From NCBI RefSeq assembly GCF_009914755.1, contig NC_060931.1: a stretch of DNA of 64,000 nucleotides; one strand, written 5' to 3'. Positions within the stretch are counted from its first letter, which is position 1. Every line of letters begins with the position of its first letter. Shown here piece after piece: positions 38,681-52,310 of the stretch. The notes under the pieces are model-generated. The model worked only from the letters and a program-made list of their open reading frames with translations. It had not been told where the DNA came from and searched no databases. The translations under genes and the position numbers were made by a program. The DNA comes from the human T2T-CHM13v2.0 reference genome, Homo sapiens.

Positions 38681-39449
38681 ATTAAAGAAGGAAAGAAAGG
38701 GATGAAGAAGAAAAGAAGGAAAGAGACAATTATTGATTTGCCTAGATACTATTTTATCACTTTCTTAGTTACCTAATCATTACGAAAGAGGAAGAAAAGG
38801 AGGAGAAAGAAGAAGAAGATAAAGAGGAAAAAAACCATCATTTTGTGCTGATCACAGATTACGTATGTGAAGTCTTGGGAATTTCTGCTTATGTCTGATA
38901 TATTACAACTTTACTGCTAGGAACTTTTTTTTTTTTTTTTTTGGCCTAGTATTTTGAAGTATCTGAAAGAGAACTCCATATTTGTAGAAGCCCAACTGGG
39001 CTACTGTTAAAAGGGGTTTATATTCCATAAATATTTACATTCTGCTCTACAAGAGCTGAGAAACAACTTGATGTGCCTGTTGTTCCCATTTAAACAACAA
39101 CAAAAAAAATAAATTGTGAATCTTTCTCTACATCTAGTATCTTTTCTACCAGGTCTCTGGTAGAATGTCAATTCCCTGAAAACACAGATTGTGCTTTTGC
39201 TTTGTTCCAGACAATATGTGTCTTTTTAGGGTAGAAGTACTAAAAAATGAAAAATAAAATGCTAAGCTAATTGATGGTTATGATATATTGTTTCAATCCC
39301 CCTAAGGCCAGGCTGTGAACTATTTCAACCAGACATAGTCTCCACAAAGTTGTAGATCTGAGTGACTCTGCCAAGCATGATTCTATTTGCAATAAGTCTT
39401 TTACAGTTATCTACTATTTTCTCAATCACTCCCTTGCATTTAAGGTTTA

Positions 39450-40640
39450 GCAACTAGTTCACTGTATACCTCTCCACGACTACTCCATGCACTAGCTTTA
39501 GTAACTCCAATATTCCTTATCCTCTTTTTCTCCTGTGTTCACCTAACAAACTGAAACTCTGTTAAAACCCAACTTTCTATCTGCTCCCTACTTGCACCTC
39601 AGCAGCTGGAAGTAGTCAAAGAAAAACATTCATTTGAATTAACTGATTTTATGTAAACTTTTAGGAAAGAATTTTAAGAAATGCCTTCATTTTCTTAAAT
39701 TTATGACCACAAATCTTAGAAAGACCTCCCCACCACCCAGCATCCTTCTATGTTTCCATAACAAATTCATTTTCCCACTCTCTCAAAAATTTGTTTTACG
39801 TATTTTCCTCTGGCCTCAAAGCCTCCCTCAATACTCCCTCCTTCCACCGTCCTTCACTCTCATATGATGACCTTGACTTCTGTTTAACTGAAAAACTAAA
39901 AGTAATCAGAAGAACATCTCCTGATTTTCCCATCACCAAATCTTCTAACTTACTTGTAACTGACCCATTCACTTCATTTTTCCTCCTAATATGAGGGATG
40001 AAATCTCCTTGGTCCATATAAACCAACTCTTCACAGCGCACTGAATTCCAGCACCAACATTTAAGAACTTTGCAACTGGAATTTTCCCCTCCTTTGCTGC
40101 TTCCTCTTCAGTTTTCCTCTCTCAATTGGATCATTTCCATTTGCATGTAAACATGTTGTAAAAAGACTCTCACCTTGCAAAGCAAACAAACAAAACAAAC
40201 TTCCTTAATTCTATTTGCCCCTTCAGCTTCCGTCCATTTATCTGCTTCTTTGGCAAAGGGTATCTACTCTACCCGCTTTTTCTTTAATCCACTCCAATCA
40301 GACGTCTGTCTCCACTACTCCCATGAACTGTTCGAATCAAGGTCATTAACAACCTCTATCTTGCCATATTTGTGTCTCAATTATTCAGTCTCTCAAGAGT
40401 ATTAACTTAATGGAGAATAGCATTGTTGTCAAACACTAGCTTTGCTTGACTTCCTGTGAAGAGTGCTTTACTGGTTTTCCTCTTCATTCTCTGGCATTTT
40501 CTTTTTTCCTCAGTTTCCATTGCTGGATCCTCCTCTCAATATTCTCCAGAGTTCAGTCCTTGAACGTCTTCTCTTCTTTATACTTAGTTCTCACCAGATA
40601 GTCTCAAGTTCCATTGTATTATATGATATATACGCATCCC
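39450..40640 (+). mobile_element. L2 LINE (ORF2 region), degenerate
   Basis: gatgaccttgacttctgtttaactgaaaaactaaaagtaatcagaag; tttaatccactccaatcagacgtctgtctccactactcc; ctggttttcctc. Confidence 0.7.
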
Positions 40641-43600
40641 CTATTTGATCTGTTTCCCTGAGGAGCCCTGACTAATACAATAACCTTTCCTCTTTGCCTC
40701 CTATGGAGCTCTGGAATCAACTCAATGTGGAAGATGTCTCACCAGTGTCAATCCTTTCCTTCTTTCTTAGTAACAGTCTTTTATTTTACGTAGCCAGCCT
40801 CAGTCTGTCAACTGAAGTCGAGTAGACACTGGGATCCTTGATGGAAGGTGGAACCCATCTTTCCCTAAAATTCTACGTTGGAGAGAAACAATTCCAATTC
40901 CTCCCCCTAGCAAAGGCAAAGAGCTGCAAACTCTTTACCCCTTTCTTTCAGGGCCATTATTTTCCCCAGATAATCTCAGAAATATTTATATATAAAATTA
41001 ATACAAATTGCTGGTTGGCATGGTAGATACAGTACTTGTTTTCACTTATGCTAATGAGTTGCCATTTTTGTTTAATTACCCCTCACCTTTTTAAAACTAG
41101 AGAATACATTCATCACTCATGACTGTAGGAGAGATTTTTATCTTAATATGGGGGGTAAAAATATAAGGGTTTCTAGTCTGTTTTATGCTCTACTTCTTTA
41201 AAAATTTTAATTCTTCCATAAGAAAACATGTTACCCCTTAGGGAAAAATCCTTGATTCTTCCCATCACTCTGCTTTACTTTATATTAATAACTTGTTTCA
41301 TTAATTTTTACTATTAACTTTTGACTTCTAGCAATGTTTTATCACTAGTGGATTGTTTCAGACCACCATAGGGTAATGTGGTAAGGATTAACACCTTAAT
41401 AAAAGATAATAAATTTTTCGCATTTTTTGAAAGTTCAGGCCAAGACAATTTTCATGTAATCATAGTTAGAGAAAGCTTTTTCACCTGGCTTTTATAAAGA
41501 TGCCAAGTGAAACTCTATATTAAAATATGTTATCAAGTATCTCCTTAACTTAAACTGATACACATAGCTGTTACTTAAGAACTCCAACAGAATTATAGGA
41601 CTCAGAAGTCAGAGATGCCCCAATCTAGAAGTCATTGTAACAGAGCTCCTGTTAAAACTCCTAACTTCCAGTAGTTATTGCAGATTAACAATGTTCAGAG
41701 CATTGCCAAGCTTCTACATTGCCATAAAACACTGTATTTATACCTAAAAGAGTCAATTTACCAGATCCTCTTAAAATTATAATAGGCACCCAGATCCTGA
41801 AAATCATCCACACTACTTGTCAGGATTAATTGTTTCTTTGGCTTTCATACGAAAGTGTAAAAACAATGAAACAAAGAAAGACAAGCAAGCAGAGGAAAGT
41901 CAGACTTAAGAGGTACAGTCTCTACCAGTTGCTCCATTTTTATCTTTCTGGCAGAGGCTTTAAATAGGTATTTGATTATATGATACAAAGAGTATAGGGT
42001 TCTTTCTAGAATTTCTCATGTAGACCCAAATATCCAGCCAGGGTTGAACACTATCTTTTCAACATTAACATGATAGGTAGAATTTTAACCATAACCCTCA
42101 TGTTGCACCACTTAGCAACTGACTGATTCAAATAATGAGCTTCCTTTTAGAAAATCTTAGAAACACTTGGATATAAGAATATGAAAGAAGAAGAAAACAT
42201 GCCAAATGTCAACCATCTATATTTTAAAGTAAATTCATGCTTATAAATACTATTAAAATTCTCCCTCATGCCTCAGGACCTGGGCACTAAATTGTTTGCA
42301 ATGCATTTGTGAAAAGTATGTGCTGTTCTCTAAATTATTTCAAACTGTTTGTGTTTTATGTTGAAATTTAATCTCAGTGTTTGTTCAGACAAACTATTAA
42401 AAGTAAAACATTTACCTAAGCCTTGTTTTTGTCTTGTAATGGCATTTCTGCTTGATTTAATTTAAATCTGTTATTTTTAAGTCAATTAGTAGTACAAAAA
42501 CAATATTCAAAAGTTCCATGGCCATTTTAAAAACAGCCTCTGTTCCCAGGATTATAAAGCATCAATCATTGGTCATGACAGTATATTCTATATAGTTGAA
42601 GGCTGCTTTCTATATAGTGAAAGTAAAATATATATCCGTTGCTCATCGAAGATGTCAACTGCTTTGACTTTTCCGCTTTTCAAATATGTTTTTATCTACA
42701 TCAGTGTAATAAATCATTTATAAAATTCTCATTAAGAAGCATTACATAACACATGCCACCATCTTATCTAACATTTCTAAATCATACACTTCATTTGCAT
42801 TCTTTCTTCTTTTAGTTTGCCAGGCTATGTTGAGCCACATAACTTTTCCTGTAGTGACAGGGGAAACCAATGATCCAGTTTTTTTTTTTTCCATCCCTGC
42901 ACAAAATCAGTTTGACTTTGATTAATGTGACACCAGTGGGGGCTTGACTAAATTAACTACTACTTTACTTGTTAAGAAATCAATTCTTTCAGCTGAGAAT
43001 CAAACTGATTGTGTTTCAAGTATGACCTAGAGTGATCTTTATCAACATTAAGAGAACCAGTCCAAAGCAATAGCTAAAGAATAAAGTATTTTAAAAATGG
43101 CCTAAAAACTCATTAGCTGTATTTACATTAATTTGGAATTTTGATCATTTATACCTATGCTCTTCTGAGTTTGTTCCATAAGACGCTAAAGTGTTAATGA
43201 AACACTTTACTCACATGTGTATTGTAACTATGTGGGCACTTCCTAGAATGACATTCTTTACAAAGCATTAATGATACAGAAAGTATAAACCTGACTCAGT
43301 AAGTGGTACCTCATAGAAAACCTCAACATTGCTCATGTAACCCACTGAGCAGGAAATAAATGCACCGCAGGAAAATGGAAGCTTCACTCTAACCTATGTT
43401 CTTAATTCTGAGTATGTTTTAAAGAAAAGTAAAAATGAACAGAAAATTTTTACTTTATCACAAAAATTACAGAGTGCTAAAATGTCACAAATTACTGCCC
43501 TACTGATTTGGAATTGTGAAAAATCTAGATTTTTTTTTTCTTTGTTGAAGTTTGTATTTGATCCAGTATAGAAAGAAGTCATTCTCCTTTAAATTCTTTT

Positions 43601-43650
43601 CAACCCGTATAGCATGGTCAGAAATAAGGCTTAGTTTAGTATCTATATGT

Positions 43651-43946
43651 CTTTTTTTTTCTTTTTGCCATGGAGTTGCACTCTGTCACCCAGGCTGGAC
43701 TGCAGTGGTGTGATCTTGGCTCACTGCAACCTCTGCTTCCTGGGTTCAAGGATCCCCCTGCCTCAGCCTCCCAAGTAGGTGGGACTACAGGCATGCACCA
43801 CCACACCCAACTAATTTTTGTATTTTTAGTAGTGTCAGGGTTTCACCATGTTGGCCAGGCTGGTCTCGAACTCCTGACCTGAAGTGATCCGACTGCCTCA
43901 GCCTCCCAAAGTGCTGGGATTATAGGCATGAGCCACCACACCTGGC
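43651..43946 (-). mobile_element. AluSx-like SINE
   Basis: caccatgttggccaggctggtctcgaactcctgacct; TSD tatatgtctttt on both sides. Confidence 0.93.
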
Positions 43947-46714
43947 TTATATGTCTTTTATGTTAATACTTCTCTAATATTTGCCAAACTCTCTTTAAGA
44001 AAATTTATCTCAGCCTCAATCTCCCTCAAGGCAACAGAACTGGCCAATATTTAATAATGTCATTTTCATCACATTATATTGATTTTTATAGTTGCCTTCT
44101 GTTTGCAACAGAGAATACTGGTTTTCTGTTCACGGTACTAATATAAGTTTTCTCTTTAAATGAATTTAGATTGCAAAGTGAATCAATTTAAAGAGAATAT
44201 TGGGAAATAACCGTACAGGTGGTAAGCAAGTATGTCAAAAAATCATGAAAGTAGTAAAAATGGCTGGATGTCAGGAAGTAACTATATATAAAACCAAACA
44301 AGAAAAAATATATACAAAACTGTAAAGAGAAAACCATCTATTTGAACAAATTAATTTCAATCCTTTTCCCAGTATTTGCATAATATCATGTTTAATTCTA
44401 AATGATGTATTTATTAAAGTGGGACCATTAAAACCTTTACCCAACAACATTGTGATAGTTTCTCACTCAGTACAATATAAACTCAAAAACTGTAAAATTC
44501 AGCTCCTTAGTGAAAAAATTCTGTAATTCAGAAACTTCATTGAACAAATGCTTATCAATCACTCAGTATACCCAACACAGTGAGCCAGATTTGAGGAGGG
44601 ACAAAAACATTTAGGTATCCACTCATTAATTCAAAAGCTGTTTTTTGAGTAGATATGATATTCAAAGCCACTTGTTGTGTAGGATTTAATGAAAGAAAGA
44701 GAAAGAGGAGCAGAAGGAGGAAGAGGAAAAGGAGGGAGAAGAGGAAGAGAAGGAGGAGGAAAGTAATTATTAAATAAGGGTCCTGAACTCAAAGAGATTA
44801 CCATCTAGTTCATTATTACTTATTATTGTCCTTGAGTTTTACTTATTATACTATATCATTTTCTCACATATTATCTCTTTTTTAAAATCCATGTATTACT
44901 CAGTCTGTGGTAATATTTAGGAGACATTTCTTTTGACCATCAGATTCTATGAAACTCAATAACAAATTCATGGAATACAAAATAGCACAACCTTAAAACT
45001 CACAGCAATACTTACGAAATTGGACACCCTTGGCCTTTCACATATTCTTTGTGAAAGGGGAGATGCTGCCCCAGAAAAAGTAGTCAACATTCAGTAAAAT
45101 AAACTCACTGTGGTAACTTGAACATATGCATTTAATGAGAATCCACATGCAAAGCATAACTTGAAGGTTTAACTACATAAATTAAAATTGTTCTAAGCTG
45201 TTATCCTTCACAAATATAGTGCTTCCAATTTTTACTAAATTTATACATCTCACTTAGGATGTGCAGTTGTGATCATGATATATAATGTTTATTAAACTAC
45301 TTGCATATATAGCCGCCTCTTCTTCCTCTTTACTCTGTGCCTGAAGCCTAATGAAGACTTCTACAAAAAAAGACAAAACCTATTGTGTTCTAAGGAATAG
45401 TTGTAGTTTTTTAAAATATGAAAATAGATTGTGATGTTCAACACTTAAAGCAAATTTTTCATTTCTGATTCACTGAAGACAGATTTCCAACAAAAGCTTT
45501 ATACCATATGTACTCACATATCACTATTTTTAAAAATTAAAATCTTACAGAAAGATTACAAGACTTCCTTCATATCCTAAACTTTGTGTGATAGTACTTT
45601 CTTACCTTCTCAGCCTAGAATGCCTTCCTTCTGTATTTTAAGTGGATGATGCAACTGGCATGAATGCTACAGCTGCCCTCTAATCCAGCCTCTCATTTGA
45701 ATTACTTTGTACCTTCCACACCAAAAAACTTGAGCTGGCAAATACTAATATCAGCCACCTGTGAATCGACATTAATCATTTCATAACTTAATTGTCACCA
45801 ACAGTATTGAAGGAAAAACAACATTTGGTGTCAAAGAGACTGAACCAGAAAACTGGCCCTAAGGAAATGTGAGTGTAGTGATCCTAGCTGGGAAGCTCTC
45901 TGCGCTTAACTGTCAACTCACCTGGATTCTGGGCTAACTCTGTTTCCTCTGCAGAAAATGAAAAAATATGAGATCCAAGCACCTGCAACTCCTCAAATCC
46001 ACCTGAAGCCAATCCATCTGTGTTCCAATAACCCAGGCCTAGGTTTCCTTCTGACAAGATCGATTTCTACTTGGTTCTATAGTTCTACTATATGCATCCT
46101 TTGCTGTCTTTTCTTCTCATTCTGTATACCCGGTGTGCCCAATACTGTGCTAGCAATAAGAAACAAAGAAGAGCAAGTCTCTCAGAGCAGGGATGCACAC
46201 TAATTCCTAGGATTTCAGTATCTTATGTGACAGCTTTATCTAATTTTCCTTTCCATAAAAGTATAAATATTTTAATTTTTTGCAATGTGAAAAAAATTTA
46301 AATACTCCATAATTGCAGGCATTTGGGCCTTCCGCTCTACTTAAATAGCATTTTTACTGCCTTGGATGTCATAATGAAAGCATTTGCTTATTTTTCTTGC
46401 AATGTTTTTCCTTCAGTTCACATCACAGCTTCTATGATGGTCTTGGGTTGCTGGCTTCCTTAATGGTGCCATCATATAGAATCACTGGAGTTTCCTGGTA
46501 ATTGGAAATAAATACTTCAAAATTATTTTACCTTGAAGCTATTTTTAATATTCTGTAAGATTTGTCACTTCCCTTTTATTCCTTTTACACCTTATTTAAG
46601 GAGAAAATAATATCCTTGCTTCAGGAAAAAGAAAAAAGAGAAGATTTCCATTGTTTCTATCACAAATCCAAAATATTCTCAAGGGTTTAGAAGGTGTATT
46701 AGCATCTTATTGTT

Positions 46715-46950
46715 TAGTCCTACTGCAGCCTTCTTGCAGCCAGAAGGGGAAACACTATTCACACACAGAGGGTGGCAGAGAGGGGACGAGAAACAGCTTG
46801 GGGTCATTGAGGTCATTGCTAAGACAGTGAACCAGCTCTGGGCCTCTTATTTCTAGACTTTCTGTTAAGTAAATGATAATGATCCTTGTGGTTGAAACCA
46901 CTTTTAATCAGGAATGCTTTTACCTGATACCCAAAGTTACCCTGATATCC
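46715..46950 (+). mobile_element. MLT1 (K/L-like) LTR 3' half
   Basis: gagggtggcagagag...ttctagactttctgttaagtaa...aaaccactttta. Confidence 0.55.
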
Positions 46951-47322
46951 CTATAAACACAGCTTGATCAGTTAACTAGTTCAATCAAGGATGGGTGGGA
47001 GGACTCACAGGCTGGAGCAGAGAGGCGGCCAGTTTCAAGTGATGCCCATTCTGGGCTTCCCAATCCAGTTTTCTCTGAGCTGTTTTCTGTAGTTGGGTTT
47101 TCTACAGTGAACATAAACTGTCAACCTCTGCTCAGAGAGTCATGACAGCAGAGGCATGGAGACCAGCAGAATGACCTCACCTCCACCTTCTCCCCTAGTG
47201 TAAACACTTGACCCATGGCTACTACATAATCCACAAAGGGGAAAGGAAGGCAGGTGCCTGTGGACCACATTTCCTATGGAAATGCTATAAACAGGAGTGT
47301 CCTGGCTAACTGGCTCTCTGGT

Positions 47323-47366
47323 GGGGATGGGGGATGGGGGATGGGGGATGGGGGCAGTGGGCAGGG
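47323..47366 (+). repeat. (GGGGGAT)n short repeat, G-quadruplex-forming motif
   Basis: ggggatgggggatgggggatgggggatgggggcagtgggcaggg. Confidence 0.8.
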
Positions 47367-48239
47367 ATGAAGAGTTACCCTGATGTGTAGCCTTTCCCAA
47401 GTTTTGTGGTATAAGTAATCTTACCATAGATGTCAAACTGCTAACAGATTAGTAACCTGCTGACAATATTCCTGAACATTTAACTATTGACTCTGGAAAG
47501 CCAGATAATAATTTAATGAGTTCTTTTTCAGGAGCTGTTTTTGTTTTTGAGAGAATCCTGTGAACTAAGAGGGAACTCTACTGAAGGAATGTCAAGCATA
47601 AAACCTATAATCAAATCCTCTCTTCATGGAGCTTATAGTCCAGCTGCAAGTTCAGCAACATGCAATACAGAAGCAAGAATCACTTGCTTATAAGGTAAGA
47701 TGATTATAAATGCAAATTAATGTAAAGCAAATTGACATATAAGCACCTAAGACAAAGTGCATCAGCCCATCTCATAAGGTGGCTGAAAGGTCCAAATGAG
47801 ACTGTAGATGAGAAGACTCTTGGTGAGTTATGGGCCACAGCAGAAATGTAAAGGATCATTCCTCTTGGTGTGCAGTGAGGATAATCAGACAAGGCACCAT
47901 CTGGATTCCCAGAACATGGTAATTGATAATGACAAGGTCAAAGATGGAAAGGCAGAATGCCTGGGGATACTGAGAAGACAGAGAAGCAAATAGGGGCCGC
48001 TGGCCTCAAAGACAGTGGAGCAAATTGTGTTCACCGATCCAAATTATTTTCTAGCACACCATCGCTGCCTTTTTCATCCCATTTATTATATAACCATGAC
48101 CAAGACTTTAACTTATCTAGTACTCAAAAGCTCCACCTGCGAAAGTGTCTTCAAGGGGCTGCTTTTAGGATATTCAGGATGAAGACCTAAATGATCTTCA
48201 GAATAGCCTTCTACAAATTCAATGTCTCATCATGACTTA

Positions 48240-48470
48240 GTAGGTTAGCAGCACGGCCTTTGGGACTGAATTCTGACTCTGCCACTTGCTAGCTGTGTGC
48301 CTTGTGTAAGTAACTTAAACTCTCAGTGCCTCAGTTTCCTCATCTGTAAATGGAGATGGTAATATTTAACTCATAATACGGTTGTGCAGATTAAACAGAC
48401 ATAAATATAAATTACCTAGGACAATGCCTAGCACATAGTAAGAACTCTATAGCTGATAGATATTATTGGT
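48240..48470 (+). mobile_element. MIR SINE
   Basis: ctctgccacttgctagctgtgtgccttg...ctcagtttcctcatctgtaaatgg...atgcctagcacatagtaag. Confidence 0.88.
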
Positions 48471-48707
48471 ATTGATTTTAAGAGTATAACATTCAAAATT
48501 TGGCTTAAAATTCTTAAATGGTAAAGAAATTATAGGCAATTAAATTAGTTTTGCCACCTGCCTTTAAATAAGATGGTTCTAAATTGGCTAGGATGCTTTC
48601 TTTCTGCCACTTAGAGTGTCAACTTCAACTTAAGTGTGGCCTTCCTGTGAAGGAAAGTCAGTTGACGAGTAGCAAGAACCGCTTCATACTTCAGGCACAT
48701 CCAACAT

Positions 48708-48731
48708 GGGAGGGGAGAAAGGAAAGAGAAG

Positions 48732-48763
<32 letters not shown>

Positions 48764-49070
48764 AAGAAGAAGAGGAAGAAGAAGGAGAAGAGGAAGAAGA
48801 AGAAGAAAGAAGAAGAAGAAGAAGAAGAAGAAGAAGAAGAAGAAGAAGAAGAAGAAGAAGAAGAAGAAGAAAGAAAGAAGGAGAAGAAGGAGAAGGAGAA
48901 GGAAGAAGGAGAAGAAGGAGAAGGAGAAGGAAGAAGGAAGAAGGAAGAAGGAGAAGGAGAAGGAGAAGGAGAAGGAGAAGAAGAAGAAGAAGAAGAAGAA
49001 GAAGAAGAAGAAGAAGAAGAAGAAGAAGAAGAAGAAGAAGAAGAAAAGAGAGAGAGAGAGAGAGAGAGAA
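48708..49070 (+). repeat. Compound polypurine microsatellite with (GAA)21, (GAAGGA)n, (GAA)23 and (GA)n blocks
   Basis: 363 nt with no pyrimidine; pure GAA runs at 48809-48871 and 48977-49045. Confidence 0.97.
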
Positions 49071-51269
49071 TGAACATGAACCAAAGAAGAAAGAGGAAGA
49101 GTCATTCTGAGCATCCAATATATGTGTCCTCCTATTACATCACATAGACCAAACCACTGTGTCCAGAGATTTGTGATATGCTGATAGGACGGAGCTGGAA
49201 TGTTTCTTTGGGAAAACGGAGGTTCAAGTAGGAAGAGAAAAAGGTAAGGGGATGGATACTAGGCTGTTAACCTACAAATGGCAAGTATAGTTTTAAAGCC
49301 ATTTTCTGTATTCATCTGTTGACCTTAAACCATAAGGTACAGGCTATTCAACAATAGGCATGATTTGTACTTTCACTGTTCGCAATTCCGACCACTACCC
49401 TATTACATCTAAAACATGAATCTGGCTGCTTATCCTTGGATTTTCTACCTCCATAAAATGATAAAGAGAATGTTCCTTATATACAGAATACCTGAGCTTT
49501 ACCAGCACCAGGACTGGTTGTTACTCTATGTTTTTGATAGAGCTGATTTTCCTATTTCATTAGAGAGACATATATCAACATACAGAAGGTTGATGTATAA
49601 AAAAGAAATAAGCCCAACCAGCTGAAAGAGGAAGAACTTAATTTATTGCTGAATAGTGACAATCAATTCAAATGATTTTAGTTGAACTGACATTAAATTA
49701 TAACCTCTTGGTTTAAGACATTTGAGAGAATGAGATCCAAAGAAAAAGATTGGGCATATTTTTAAAAATTCCTTGAATATCTCTTATTCACTGTTTTTGC
49801 CATACAAACAAGCTTAGATATTTGACTTAACACTGCCCTAGTTCTCAAGCCTCTAGTTTCTCTTCATGACAGTAGCTTTCTATTATGATAGATGAAAACC
49901 CAAATAACATTTATTCTATCCTATTGGAAAACACATGAAAATGTCCAGGGGAGAAGCATCTCTAAAAATAATAAATGAAATACATCCACCAATAAAGAGG
50001 AATAGAATCGTGGTCTCTGATCTCCTTTTTGAGGCACTATTCCTCCCACGGGAGTTAGACTGTAGCAGAAATCTAAGCATGGCCCTAATTCCTACATTCC
50101 AATCCTAGATACACTAAAAGGAGCAGAACCAGGTGAAGTAAACTTAAAAGGAAACAAAGTCTTTATGCATTCCAAAAACAACACTTTTCTCTGTGTGTAA
50201 TCCCCATAATCAAATTGATGCTTGAATGACAAAGCAAGAAAAATGATATAAAATTGGGGAAATTAAGAATGATATAATCGTGTTACTGCCTCTGTGCCCT
50301 ATATATCTAAATATGTATCTATCAAAAAACCTCTCCAACAGAACATGGTGACAGAGATAAATTTCAGTTTGACAAATGCACCAAACAAAAAATGAAATGT
50401 ATCATAAACCATTGCTCTTTCTCAATCCAAACAGAAAAAAATTCCTAAAGAAACCTGCATTCTTTATAATAACTAGGGTAATGTATGATGTGTTCTCTCA
50501 ATTTCTGAAATACTATGTAAGTCACGAATCTAAAGCCATGCAAAAGTTATACATTCACAATATGCTTGTAGAAGATTCATGTTAAATGTGGCTTTGCTCA
50601 TAGTTTTTTAAAACTGGTAGTTTTGACTACAAATACTAAAATAAAGTTTATTAAAATTTTTTCACTTTTCAAACAATCATCTTAGTATAGAGACACTGCC
50701 TTATTCATTTATTCATTCAATATATTCAGATAATTCACTATTTTCTATAAAAGAAAAATGCCCATCTTGATTAATGAGATCATCTATGAAGCAATTGTGC
50801 TAACTTTCCTAAGTTTCATACCTATTAATTTCAAAAAATTTCCACTAATTTCTGCATTATAAGATCGATTGAATGGGAACATCTAATCTGTCTTTACAAA
50901 ACCCTTTATTACTGCAACTATAATCTGTAGATTTTAATACTGTTTTCTGATATTTTCATCAATACTGCAGAAGTTGTCCATATCTATCACAAAATTCACG
51001 ACCTATTTTAAGTAGCTAAGTTCTCTTAAATTTTACTACAAAGTAATCCCAAATTATCTAAATTGATTATTCCATGAGTCATGAGCACCAAAACATGGTA
51101 TATAAATGAGTGTACTGCTTGATGGAGAACATTGATCAGCTGACTCCTGTTCACCCTTGATCTTGCCATCCCACATGTACCAGCACCCACAACCCTACAC
51201 GTTGTACTCCTAGGTGATGGCAATAAGAATACAGAACAGCTAGAGCTATTTGCCAAGCTGCAGAAATAG

Positions 51270-51930
51270 CCCTTAGTGATATAAATAAATGATGTCACAA
51301 ATGACACCAAGTTTTCAAGCTTAAGTAGCTAGAAGAAGGTGTCATCATTTTCAAAGAAGAAGGTGTCATCTTTTTCAGAGGCTAGAAAATTGAGATGGGG
51401 AGCTGATGCATGTCATTTGGAACTTGTTGAGTGTGGGGTGATGGAGAGGCATTCCAGTTAAAAAGCAGTAGGCAGTCAGATGTGTGATAACTGAAACCTG
51501 AGTAAGAAAACTGGGATGGAAATGTAAAGATAATACTCATCTGAGAGAGGGGAAGATTAATCCAGAGAGAGAGAAGCAGGGACAGAAAAATAGAAATATA
51601 AATGAATGGATGAATATTAACGAAAATACTTAAATAATGCTTAAAGTGAGAACAGAGTAAGAGGATGAAAAGAAATGCATTTTTTTAAAAAAGAAAAAAC
51701 AGGAAAGAAAATCCAACAAAATATATTCATTATTAATTTATTCAAATATTTATTGAGAATCCACTTTATCCTAGGCACCGTGTTAGACACTGGGGCAAGG
51801 AGGAATATACAGATTCAAAGTAAATATGGCCGCTGGCCTCAAGGAATTTATAGCCTAGTGAAGAACAGAGCAAAGCACTGGACAAATAACACACACATAC
51901 ACACATACAGACCAATAAGAGTAATTGTAA
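51270..51930 (-). mobile_element. L2 LINE fragments
   Basis: atgacaccaagttttcaagctt...cttgttgagtgtggggtg; ttcaaatatttattgagaatccac...aggcaccgtgttag. Confidence 0.65.
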
Positions 51931-52310
51931 TAAATACGCAAAAAAGAAAAAAATCAAAAACAAAAACAAGGTCCAGGTGCTGGGCATATATAAATGGCAG
52001 CTGCCTCACTTTGCCTGGAGTGTTAGAGAAAGTTACACTAAGAAAATGACATACCTGGCAAATGAGTAATAAAAAATAATAATAAGGAAAAGTGATCACC
52101 AAAGTCAGAGGGAGCAGAGTCAGCAAAACACCAAGGAAGAGAAGAGGAAAACACACAATGGAGAGCAATAAAGAGCCCCCTGAAAATCTTAAAGTGGCTT
52201 TTTTTTTTTTTTTTTACCATTTCCTCCTCCATTTACCATCCTAGTCCAAAAGCCAAGTGTAAGCAGGCAGTTCAGGGCTAGGGTTTGGGTCAGGGTGGAC
52301 ACTGCTAACT

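Noticed and set aside
48708-49070. Identification as the FXN or FGF14 disease GAA locus
   Set aside because: It is not inside an Alu (unlike FXN), the flanks do not match what I recall for FGF14, and the tract is compound.
48584-49147. Five long overlapping ORFs (poly-E, R, F, L, S)
   Set aside because: They are translations of the GAA/GGA/GA microsatellite, which lacks stop codons; no coding signal.
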